Positions 11,968-22,853 of a stretch of 64,000 bases of DNA are shown in pieces. The notes beneath the pieces are model-generated. The model searched no databases and had not been told where the DNA came from. It was given only the letters and a program-made list of their open reading frames with translations. Source of the DNA: Tubulanus polymorphus (Eukaryota; Animalia; Nemertea). The translations under genes and the position numbers were made by a program. The first letter of the stretch is position 1; every line of letters begins with the position of its first letter. The stretch is taken from NCBI RefSeq assembly GCF_964204645.1, contig NC_134036.1, positions 310,001 to 374,000 on the forward strand, given 5' to 3'.

Positions 11968-12972
11968 TTAACTTCTCAAAGTCCACAAAATAACGGAGAC
12001 ACACGTTAAAATGCCGGCTGGAATCAACACGCGTCGACTTGTCCGTTTTAAATCAGTTGCTAGGTTACAATAAGGCCTGGAATTGCAGCACTTTGTTTCT
12101 ATGGTATAACCAGGACCCGTTGATTCTGACGGAGTACATTCTGAAATACATCTACGCACTACAAAATACGTATTATCATCTTTCTTCACGGTTTGTTTCT
12201 GAATAAAAAATTAAAATCAAAAATATTAATCAGTCAATACCCGAGTTCGGAATAACCAGAGAGTTGACCAGTTGACTGGCGTACCATGTCAACTGGTACC
12301 AAGTTAACCAGTGAGTACTGAGTTGACCGGTGTACCATGTTGACTGGTACCAAGTTAACCAGTACTGAGTTAACCATTAGTTTGAGGAGGAATCTACATT
12401 AGTCTTGGTGTTTTTACAATTATCCTATGACTTATCCAAATGACGAGTAAATTAAATTAGAAATACAAATTGAGCCTTGAAAATAGAGACTTCAGTTATA
12501 TGACAGCGACTACAATTCTATTTCTAGTGAAGCCTTTAAGATTAAGCACGAGACTGACTGGATGTTAGGAATAAGTGACACTTACGGCGCAATGCGTACC
12601 ACCAGCTTCATAACTCTCACACCTATACATGATATACGACTGGGACGGTTCATCATTGTACATTCTATTTATATCAGTTGCGCAAAGTCTGTTTGAGTAA
12701 ATGTTCTCATTGACCATCATACCCCGCGCGCTGTCAACGAGTTCTTTAAACTCTCGAGTAACGTTCTCCGGGCTGTAGTGAGCGTAGTAACAACTGTAAC
12801 ACTTGTTAGTTTTACCCGCAACGCCACCTATTGTCGTACGGAAAATATTAATTTATAAAGACAAATATTGGGATGAATTGTTCTGAAGGGTTTGAACGGA
12901 TTTCTACTCACCGATTATTAAGAAGAGGGTGATACTGATTTGCAAGAGCAACATTTCAAATTGAATTTCCAT
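11968..12972 (-). CDS. Ly6/uPAR GPI-anchored protein B, 3 coding exons (12972-12912, 12827-12586, 12198-11968)
   Basis: MEIQFEMLLLQISITLFLIIG|GVAGKTNKCYSC...RLC...YRC...THCA|KQ...RRCISEC...KCCNSRPYCN, then a hydrophobic tail. The 10 Cys align with gene A. Confidence 0.88.
12259..12375. repeat. Intronic quasi-palindromic repeat (gagttgacc / ggtacc / gttaacc units)
   Basis: Repeated gtaccatgt..actggtaccaagttaaccagt blocks in intron 2 of Ly6-B. Confidence 0.65.
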
Positions 12973-13716
12973 CTCGATTTTACAATCTATTTGCTTAAAT
13001 ATGAATGCGACAGCCTCAAGTTTGATGAGTTGAATTGACGGTGGGTTTAGATTGGGTTAGTGAACAGTCATATAGCGCTTTATCGACATTTTAAAGGCGA
13101 AAAATGTCGGTTTTTCTTCAATTTATCAAAACCAGGAAGTAACTCAACTAAGTATCGCGAGAAAACGAGACCGAACTGAGAAACCGACTCTGGCAAGTGT
13201 CACGATATCGTTGAGCAGAGGTGTTTTTACAGGTGTTGGCTCGAGACTCAATTTGTCAATTTTAATTTCAATATCCGATACATTAGATTTCCATTCTGAG
13301 CCGAGTTTGTCAGATTAGACATCCACTCAGAGTAACTGGCGGTTCATATTTTAGCGATAGATGGCGGTGTATGTTCTGTGGTGAAGAATGTCGCCAAAAA
13401 TTTTGAGTGAATGTTGAAATTCAATTCGAATTCAGGTTAGTTTATTGATCAATTCAACTCTAAATTAGTTTATTATCCAACAACAATTTAATTTTATTAC
13501 GACGTCTGTGTTTAGTGTCATATTATTCTAATAAAGTCCACTTACCGAGATTAGTGTATCGCAGCGCCTTCAGTGGAGACCTTCCAAGCGAGGCTTTGAT
13601 GTCGCTTGCCTTGTATAATTATCCTCTCTCATCCGCCGACCACACACTGGTCAGACTGGTCGGGACTTTGTTCCTGGCTGGATGGTCGTGTCCGCCGGGT
13701 CCTAGTTCCTCTGTAA

Positions 13717-13879
13717 GGGCCAAATTCGGTTTTCGTATCTAGTCGACTAGTGGTCGGAACTAATAACCGAATGCGCTTAATTTTCGAACTATTTCCGGAC
13801 TATAGTTCCGACTAACTTTAATTCGGTTTCTCTTAGTTCGACTACAGTCGCGACTAACTCCGATAACAGAAGTTCGCCC
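13717..13879. mobile_element. Degenerate palindromic MITE-like element
   Basis: Imperfect inverted termini gggccaaattcggttttcg...tagtcg / cgactaactccgataacagaagttcgccc, with internal cgacta/tagtcg repeats. Confidence 0.5.
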
Positions 13880-13922
13880 AGCGTACGACGTCGGTCACCA
13901 GTCAATTTCAGTCTCCTCGTGA

Positions 13923-14134
13923 TGGAATGAAAATGTTTCGGAATTTTCTGCGAATTTTTCATGCCGAAACAACTGTTTCCAGACAGCCGTGTATGTTGGC
14001 TGTGTTTGTTTCGATACTCTCAATTTCGGCACAATTTTCCTATTACTCGTCGTAATAGTTACCGATATGAAATTGATTTATTTTCCTCTAGAAAAATGAA
14101 GCTTTCGCAGAAAATTCCAAAACAGGTTCATTCC
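13923..14134. mobile_element. MITE-like element with ~40-bp imperfect terminal inverted repeats
   Basis: tggaatgaaaatgtttcggaattttctgcgaatttttcat pairs with atgaagctttcgcagaaaattccaaaacaggttcattcca. Confidence 0.6.
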
Positions 14135-14682
14135 ACAAGTTCGAATCCCGAGTATTGTTCCACTGAAGTTATCTTCGTCAAAGAAGGCTGAAAACCGAAT
14201 CTTAGTCTTAGAAGTTTTCCTCAATGTCCTAGAGAAATGGGCTTGGCTGCTTTCAGGGGTTCGAATCCAGCCCGAGTTGTCCTCTGTGTCCACGAAGGCT
14301 GCGACAGCGGATCCGAATCAGGAATTAAAACACGATGTTCCCTTATTCCGTAGAGGAGCCTGGGGTATAAACCGGGTTTAGAATAATTATAACGAGACAA
14401 GTATAAGTATACAATATAGGTTTATTTGACACACAAGCTTTCGCTACTAATATTAGTGGACAAACAACAGTGTAAGCAGACTGACAGTAATTACAGAGAA
14501 CCGAGTGAGCTGGGTAATTACAAATACATAATACAATACATATTACATATTACAAAACATAATACAATACATGGTACTATACATAATATAATACATAATA
14601 CAATACATAATACAATACATAGTACATGGTAAAATACATATACATAAGTGATAAGTGATGTATGCGGGATGCGCAAAAAGAC

Positions 14683-14830
14683 AAATAAAATGGCGCGAGA
14701 TTACTTCAACATAAAATGGCGCGAGATTACTTCAAAATAAAATGGCGCGAGATGAGACTTCGAAATAAAATGGCGCGAGATGAGACTTCGAAATAAAACG
14801 GCGCGAGATTACCTCAAAATAAATGGCGCG
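14683..14830. repeat. 25-27-bp tandem repeat, 6 copies, core AAATGGCGCG (YY1/Pho-like motif)
   Basis: aaataaaatggcgcgagattacttc / ...gagatgagacttc units; one copy has acgg instead of atgg. Confidence 0.85.
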
Positions 14831-17800
14831 TGAAAAATTTAATTCTATCATTTTAATGTGTAATATTAGATATGAATATTTGTCTATTGTTTTATATTTG
14901 TATCACTGTTATCTGTATGTGTTTTTGAGGGGTTAATAGTCCAACCCCCTAGCTCTACATGTGTTAACGTTTATATAGTTTCTATTACGTAGAAAAAAGT
15001 TGTCAAGTCCAAATCGTCAATTCCTCTTCCTACCAAAGTCACGCTTAACCCACAAAATCGTGGAAGCTACGTTTTAAGGGGAGGGGTGAGGGTGGGGGGC
15101 GTTGGATGATTGTGAAATATATTCAAAATACCTAAGAATTAACGGTTGAAATTATGTTTTAATTGGGGGGTCAAATTACTAGCTAAAACTAACATAAGTT
15201 CTACAATTCTATTAATCTACAAGAACTATAAGACATTGCATACAAGTCGCACCTGAATTTTTTCAAGCCACTCTGTCATCATCATTCAACTTCGGATTCG
15301 ATCTTCTGTGGCCCGGGGGGTCTTTTTCTTCTCACTGAAATCATGGACGTATCAACTCTAGTTGACAAGTCCACGCTGAAATATGTCCTACCTTATTCAA
15401 TTCGGACCGCTCTTTTTTCATCAGTCTGCTGTATCTTCCATGAAGCTGTAACGCTGGGTACCTGTTAATTAAACCTAACCTAACCCTAACCTAAAGCGCA
15501 ACTATTTTTTCCTAAATCTAAATCTATAAAACATAATTTCGACCGCTAATGTTAAATAAATGTTCCACCTACCTTACAGCAACCTTGTAACGCGGATGAA
15601 GCAGCAGTTTGAAAATGTAATCCGTTTATTTAAGAGTCGATTTTAAAGTCATTTTCAAATTCCGTGTCCTGTTGCCAAAATCCAGTTGTATTTATAACAA
15701 ATAGTTTATCAGCTCAGCTGCGTTTGTTACAATTTAATGAAAATTCTCTTTTTCTGAAACGTGTCCTATCTGAGCAATATCCAGCGACAGAGACTTCTTC
15801 GCCGTGTAGAATTTCCAAGTGTAATGACAACTTGTAGGAGCGCCCACCAGTTTTTAACTGACCTCTTAAAATTCGTAGCCGGTGATTGGTTGCATCACCG
15901 ATAACAAAAGCTTCGGGTAATGATTTCAAAAGGTATCGCAAGTAGGTCACTGGCCATTCTTGAATTGCGGTCAATGGCATCTTTTCTTTTGAAGTTTGAA
16001 AACGCTGAGGTTATGTGGCGCTAATCGGCGATTATCCGGCCGGTTGGTCTAGGCGTCGACTAGCTTGCCGACATGAAGCCAGCATAAAGTCCGCCGCAGA
16101 CGGCAAAACATTTGTTTCGCCGAAACAGAAAACACATTTTTCCAGAAAACGCTTTTTGCTCGTGAAAAACATTTTTCAGTTTTTCGTTTTTCAGTTTCGG
16201 TGTTTTACCTCCCCCGCGCACACGGCATAATAAAAAAAAACATCGAAAACGTTTTTTCGGTGCCGCGTGCGTTGGCTTTAGACGTCACTTCGCGGCAGGA
16301 AGTTTAGAAAGTGCAAGGAAAAGGTGTATTTAGTGTCCGAATATCAATAGATAGTATTTTCACCCTCACGCACGCCTCATGGCTAGCGGGGCGGATGATC
16401 GGTTAAAAATATGCACGCCAAATTCAGACAAACTGCTCTCGTGGGCCACTGGTGGTAATAGCGTCTAATACTAAGCGAACTGCCCGAATTATGGATCGGA
16501 AAGTACGTTTATAAAGTCAGATAAATTAGATGATTATCGGTGAGGGAGCAAATGTGACGACTGCAACAGAAATCGAAGGTACAAGTGGAAGCCGAATGGA
16601 CCCTACTATAGCGCCGATGCTATAATGCAAAGTGTAAAGAATCTACACTTGAGGGGAATGAACACTTTTCGATTGGGAATCGGGGCCGGGATAGTTTTAT
16701 CTTCTCCACATTAATCATTCAGAGCTCAGGAGTATAATAGAGACAGAGTCCTCTGGATACGAAGCCGAGAGACCCGCTCCTCGGCCGTATCGCCACATGG
16801 CCCGGGAACTGGCACTCTACACTTGGTCTCTGAACGGTGTATGGAGCTGGAAAGACGCTCTAGTAAACTTTTCGAACATCGTGTAAATCTAGATAGGAAG
16901 TGTAACAATAATTGGTATTTTCATTTAGATATCTATTTGTTTATTTTGTCAGCAATACATCGATTACAGATTTAACATCAGAGTCCGTTTGAACTCTAAG
17001 TCCGTGTCCGTCCCACTGTTTGTGGTCTTGGTCTTGGAATGGGTACCGGACGAATTCAATACAATATTAATCTATTGCTCACGATACGGAATTATTACGA
17101 ATGTACGGAAAAGATGTAAAATTGAATCTCATAAACTGGCAAATAAACTCGAAAGTGAGGAAATGAAATACACAGATGATAGGAAACCAGTAAATAACGC
17201 GAAATTTCGATACGGCAAGCTCAACGACCTTGAGGAACTACAACATCGCTGACCTTAAACCCGGAAGTACAGAATAAACTTTCATCGAAGACAAGGGCAA
17301 AGATTAAAGTACGTTTAGTTTTGATCGAACTTTAAAAATAACTTTAAAAACCACATGAACGAATCGTTTAAGATAATTATTTGAAGACCTAGTTTAATTA
17401 GACCGAGTTTCACCGACACAAAATATCGAAATGAACTAATTGTGCGAATCAAAGTTCAATTCAATTGACAATTGTGTGTTTATTGTCATATTCAAGGTTT
17501 GTCTGTTTCACCCGAATATCAATGGAAAATAACCATAGACAACAAGTTGTTGGGAGAATACTTGAACAACTTCAACCACACCAATTCAACCTTCAGTAAC
17601 ACATCGAAAAGTGAACCAAAAATGACTCAAAGAACAAAAGACTGTCTAGCTCTTTATTTGAACATGTTTAAACAGAGCTCAGTTATTAGTATTGGTAGCA
17701 CAAACCTCTAATATCGGTATCAAAATGACAAACACAGATGAGGCAGCTGAACTAAAACATTGATTATAATCAATTCCATTTTTGGGCCTACCAAGGGTAT

Positions 17801-18075
17801 TACAAAAAATGTTTTCTTTTATAAATTAGACCTACTCAAGTTGATTGAAAGAATAGTGACCCTTACTTTACAGATATTCGAGTTGAAAATAAAATCTATC
17901 ATTACAATCACCCAGTCCTGGCAGCCGTTGTCTCCACGGAGATCTCTATCAGTTCTTGGTGAATAAATACATTATTGTTTTCTATTACAGGCCTGGTGAA
18001 TTAGTATCTGAAGATTGACAGAGGTTAAAGCCGTTTGCGTTTTCTAAAATCCGGGAGTTGAAGAGCGATACCACG

Positions 18076-19769
18076 ATGTACGCGATAGATGAAGATAAAG
18101 CTCCCGATATCGAACATCCTCCGCAACACGACGGAATTCAAGTCATCGAACTTTCCATGATGGACAAACGTAAATACTTCCCGCTGACGATGTTAAGCGG
18201 ATTCTCCGTACGCGGCCTGCTCTATCCGTTCACTCTCATTAAAACGCGGATACAGGTACAAAAAGGAACCGAACTTTATTCCGGAACGTTTGACGCATTT
18301 AATAAAATCGCGCGTACAGAGGGCGCTGTCGGGTTCTACCGAGGATTCTGGGTATCCAGTTTACAGATATTCTCGCAAGTGACGTATATATCCGTATACG
18401 AAGGAACGCGCCACCTATTGGTGACTCGAACGCCGGTGAAATCGAGTCGAGTTCGCTCGCTGCTGGCAGGTGGCGCCGCTTCCATCACCGGGCAGACGTT
18501 GTTCGTACCCGTCGACGTAGTTTCGCAACATTTGATGATTATGAAGCTACGTCACTCCGGCGGTATGCGTAAATTAAGTCCGTTAAAGATAAACGCGGAT
18601 GAGTATAAATCACGGTTCGGACTGACTAAAGCGATCGTACGCGCCGTTTATAAACAATACGGACCGTTAGGATTTTATCAGGGTTACCTAGCGTCGTTAG
18701 CCGTGTACGCGCCCAATAGTGCAATGTGGTGGTTCTTCTACGACACTTACTGTGGTAAGTGAATATAATAGTATAAACTGGAATAAGGGTCACATTCATT
18801 AGGTAGGTGCGGGGGAGGCAGGTCGGGGTCAAACAAAGATGGGAGGGATCATAGGTTGGAGAGTTCAGGTTTTTCCTTTGTACAAAAAGATTTTGGTTTC
18901 CATAGGCAAGCGACTGTTTATAAGGTAAACAGGAGTTTTGATGTTTTGACCTATTTATTAATATATTCAAAATGCTTATTCAGCTTATTCATTATGTTGT
19001 GGGTTTTTACTTCAAAGCGTCAAATTGTTGAAATGAAAATTAGCGAATATTTTATGAGGACATTAAAATGGTTGATGTATTTTTAATTTGTAGATATGAT
19101 TCCAACGATTGCCCCCGTTTGGGTTCCGCGATTGGTTTTACAATGTATGTCAGCACCTCTCAGCGGAGTGACCAGCGCTCTTATTACAAACCCTTTAGAT
19201 GTTATACGTACTAGAATACAGGTAAATATACTATAAACTCATTGTATCACTGATTCTACACCCAGTTCAACTGTTTTATAAATTAGAATTCAGCCAAAAG
19301 TAAAAACGCAGACTTTTCTTAAGTCAAATCAAGAATTCTGTGGAACTGGGTCCATGGTCTACAGAACTGGGTCCGTGGTCTACAGAACTCAGTTCATGGG
19401 TTTGGCTTCATGATAAAGTTTTAACTTATACACAAGTCCTGGGTCCTCTGGGTCCTGGTTAATGGGACTGGGTCCTCTGGGTCCTGGTTCATCGAACTGG
19501 TTCCTCTAGATCGCGGTCGTCGCATGTCTTTATAAACAATCAACACTAAATTGTACGGTAATTATTTTTTCTGTTTTAAGGTCGAAGGCACTCGTTTCAT
19601 TCCAACACTAAAAACTCTTTGGGAAGAGGAGCACATGAACATATTTCTGAAAGGACTCTCGGCGAGATTGATCCAATCCGTAACGTTCTCATTTTTTATC
19701 ATTCTCGGCTACGAGACGATAAAACGTTGGAGTTTATTGGAGGAACATAAAAAACACGTACGCTGGTGA
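18076..19769 (+). CDS. SLC25A44: Mitochondrial carrier SLC25A44-like (branched-chain amino acid carrier family), 3 coding exons (18076-18754, 19094-19221, 19581-19769)
   Basis: Three carrier motifs (PFTLIKTRIQ, PVDVVSQHLM, PLDVIRTRIQ). The N-terminal IQVIE..MMDKRKYF and C-terminal KGLSARL...GYETIKRWSL are typical of SLC25A44. Splice phases are consistent. Confidence 0.9.
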
Positions 19770-20197
19770 TAACTGAAGTCGGAGATAGTGATAACTGGAG
19801 TCGGAGTTAGACGTATTCTAATCTTATAGTTAATTTGAAACGCATCATATACCGGTAGTTTTTAAGTGCGACATATGTTGTTAATGAGTTTATTGATTTT
19901 ACCGCGAGAAGGAGCCATGTTTTCACTGGTGATAATTATTTAAGTATTTTTAGACTGGTTTTTTGGTAGTGTACAGTTGCGCCACATAGCGGGGTAGTAA
20001 ATCAGTTATCGACCTTCCATTGTAAAGGATTTGGGTCAAAATATGGCCTACGTAATGTATAAAACATATTATGTTAGAATTTATGATCTCGCGTAGTTCT
20101 GAGGCACAAATTACAAATTCATGTGTCTCTACAATGTACATGCTTTATTTACATTCAAGCACCTGTTAATGTATGGATGGTTCCTTAGTGACTGTCA

Positions 20198-20327
20198 TTT
20201 ATGGGATGGTCCCCGATTATTGTAATTTATGGGATGGTCCCTTATCACTATAGTTTATGGGATGGTCCCCTATGATTGTAATTTGTGGGATGGTCCCTGG
20301 TCATTATTGTTTATGGGATGGTCCCCC
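20198..20327. repeat. 28-bp minisatellite in the probable SLC25A44 3'UTR (constant tttatgggatggtccc core), 5 copies
   Basis: Fixed 28-bp period with a variable 11-12-nt tail; AATAAA downstream at ~20578. Confidence 0.8.
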
Positions 20328-20637
20328 AACGAGATCATGCGACGAAGCTTATTTTCAATTCTTAGTTAGAGAAATAATAACAATTACTGTTTATCTAATT
20401 ATATTAATTGTTAATAATAATAATAATTATTATTATGGTATAATTGTTATCATTAAGGGTAATTTATAAAGTACATATACATGTAACACAGAGTACGAGC
20501 GGTTCGGTCGTCATCTCCCGGTAGAATGTTTGAATATCGTGTTGTACATTTTATGAACCCTTTGTGAAGATTATTGTAATAAATTGAGAATTTTACTATG
20601 AATATTAAAAATGTCTCAGCATTTCCTTAGTGCAAAC

Positions 20638-22230
20638 TAATCTCCTCTAGTTGTGGCACGACTCATCAGACTCCCAGGATCAGACCAATCTCCTCTTGTG
20701 GCAGGACTCGGAAGGTCCATCTCATCAGACCAATCTCCTCTTGTGGCAGGACTCTGAAGGTCCATCTCCTCAGACTCCCAGGATCAGACCAATCTCCTCT
20801 TGTGGCAGGACTCTGAAGGTCCATCTCCTCAGACTCCCAGGATCAGACCAATCTCCTCTTGTGGCAGGACTCTGAAGGTCCATCTCATCAGACTCCCAGG
20901 ATCAGACCAATCTCCTCTTGTGGCAGGACTCTGAAGGTCCATCTCCTCAGACTCCCAGGATCAGACCAATCTCCTCTTGTGGCAGGACTCTGAAGGTCCA
21001 TCTCCTCAGACTCCCAGGATCAGACCAATCTCCTCTTGTGGCAGGACTCGGAAGGTCCATCTCCTCAGACTCCCAGGATCAGACCAATCTCCTCTTGTGG
21101 CAGGACTCGGAAGGTCAGTCTCTTGTGGCAGGACTCTGAAGGTCCATCTCAGACTCCCAGGATCAGACCAATCTCCTCTTGTGGCAGGACTCGGAAGGTC
21201 TGTGACCTCATCAGACCGATTTCCTCTTGTGGCAGGACTCTGAAGGTCCATCTCCTCAGACTCCCAGGATCAGACCAATCTCCTCTTGTGGCAGGACTCG
21301 GAAGGTCCATCTCCTCAGACTCCCAGGATCAGACCAATCTCCTCTTGTGGCAGGACTCGGAAGGTCTGTGACCTCATCAGACCGATTTCCTCTTGTGGCA
21401 GGACTCTGAAGGTCCATCTCCTCAGACTCCCAGGATCAGACCAATCTCCTCTTGTGGCAGGACTCGGAAGGTCCATCTCCTCAGACTCCCAGGATCAGAC
21501 CAATCTCCTCTTGTGGCAGGACTCGGAAGGTCTGTGACCTCATCAGACCGATTTCCTCTTGTGGCAGGACTCTGAAGGTCCATCTCCTCAGACTCCCAGG
21601 ATCAGACCAATCTCCTCTTGTGGCAGGACTCGGAAGGTCCATCTCCTCAGACTCCCAGGATCAGACCAATCTCCTCTTGTGGCAGGACTCGGAAGGTCTG
21701 TGACCTCATCAGACCGATTTCCTCTTGTGGCAGGACTCTGAAGGTCCATCTCCTCAGACTCCCAGGATCAGACCAATCTCCTCTTGTGGCAGGACTCTGA
21801 AGGTCCATCTGATCAGACTCCCAGGATCAGAACAATCTCCTCTTGTGGCAGGACTCGGAAGGTCTGTGACCTCATCAGACCGATTTCCTCTTGTGGCAGG
21901 ACTCTGAAGGTCCATCTGATCAGACTCCCAGGATCAGAACAATCTCCTCTTGTGGCAGGACTCTGAAGGTCCATCTGATCAGACTCCCAGGATCAGACCA
22001 ATCTCCTCTTGTGGCAGGACTCTGAAGGTCCATCTCCTCAGACTCCCAGGATCAGACCAATCTCCTCTTGTGGCAGGACTCTGAAGGTCCATCTCCTCAG
22101 ACTCCCAGGATCAGACCAATCTCCTCTTGTGGCAGGACTCAGAAGGTCAGTCTCTTGTGGCAGGACTCAACAGACAAGTCTTCACTTGTGTGCAGGACTC
22201 ATTACACCCCACCTCCTCTGGTGATAGGAC
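20638..22230. repeat. Satellite of 59-bp monomers with a 166-bp (59+59+48) higher-order repeat
   Basis: Monomer gaaggtccatctcctcagactcccaggatcagaccaatctcctcttgtggcaggactct. The 48-bp variant gaaggtctgtgacctcatcagaccgatttcc... recurs every 166 bp, and spurious ORFs at 21227/21393/21559/21725 show the period. Confidence 0.95.
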
Positions 22231-22853
22231 TCAGAAGACCTAGTCGCTCTTGTGGGTGGCAAATCAGTCGGGGATCATTTCGACTTTTCAAGATAAAATG
22301 TTCCGCGCACAGAAAAAAAAACCTTGCGTCAGATGAAAGTGGCGGTCCATCCTGTTTCCAGCAATAAATAAACAATCAACTTTAAAAATGATCGCAATGA
22401 TTTTAAGCGTTTCTATTCATTATCAATATAAACCTACAACGCAATACAACATTGATACTACCAGATGGCGCCACATACAATAATAAACCGCGTACAAAAT
22501 ACATACTGACCGACAAAGTATTTAAAAAGAGTAAATGCCAATAGAGATAATTGTTAAATCATTTTACATGAAGTTCATTTTTAATGAAACAAATACAGTA
22601 TCCTCAAGCGCCCCCCTCCTCCACCCCCAAAAACAAAACAAAATTTAGATATAATCTATAAAATAGAGACAGTTAACACATGATGTAACCAATCTGCCCA
22701 CATGTGCCCAGTCAACTCACATGCAGCCAATCTGCCCACATGTGCCCAGTCAACCCACATGTGCCCAATCTTTCCCTGGTCAGATCTTCAAATAGCCATT
22801 TATTATCTATACAATATACAATTCTAAGACTAACCAGGTATTGAATGAGTGTT

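Noticed and set aside
14230-14300. GGTTCGAATCC B-box motifs (also ~14137 and ~45650 on the minus strand) suggesting tRNA genes
   Set aside because: No cloverleaf could be folded by eye; at most tRNA-derived SINE fragments.
13100-17250. Short ORFs and stray splice-like signals in the intergenic region
   Set aside because: No coherent multi-exon frame or recognisable domain; mostly repeat fragments.
20198-20327. CRISPR-like repeat/spacer look
   Set aside because: Spacers are only 11-12 nt and mutually similar, the context is a eukaryotic 3'UTR, and there are no cas genes; it is a minisatellite.
20651-22367. Many MWQDSEGPSPQ... ORFs
   Set aside because: Artefacts of the 59/48-bp satellite with TTG starts; the monomer length is not a multiple of 3.
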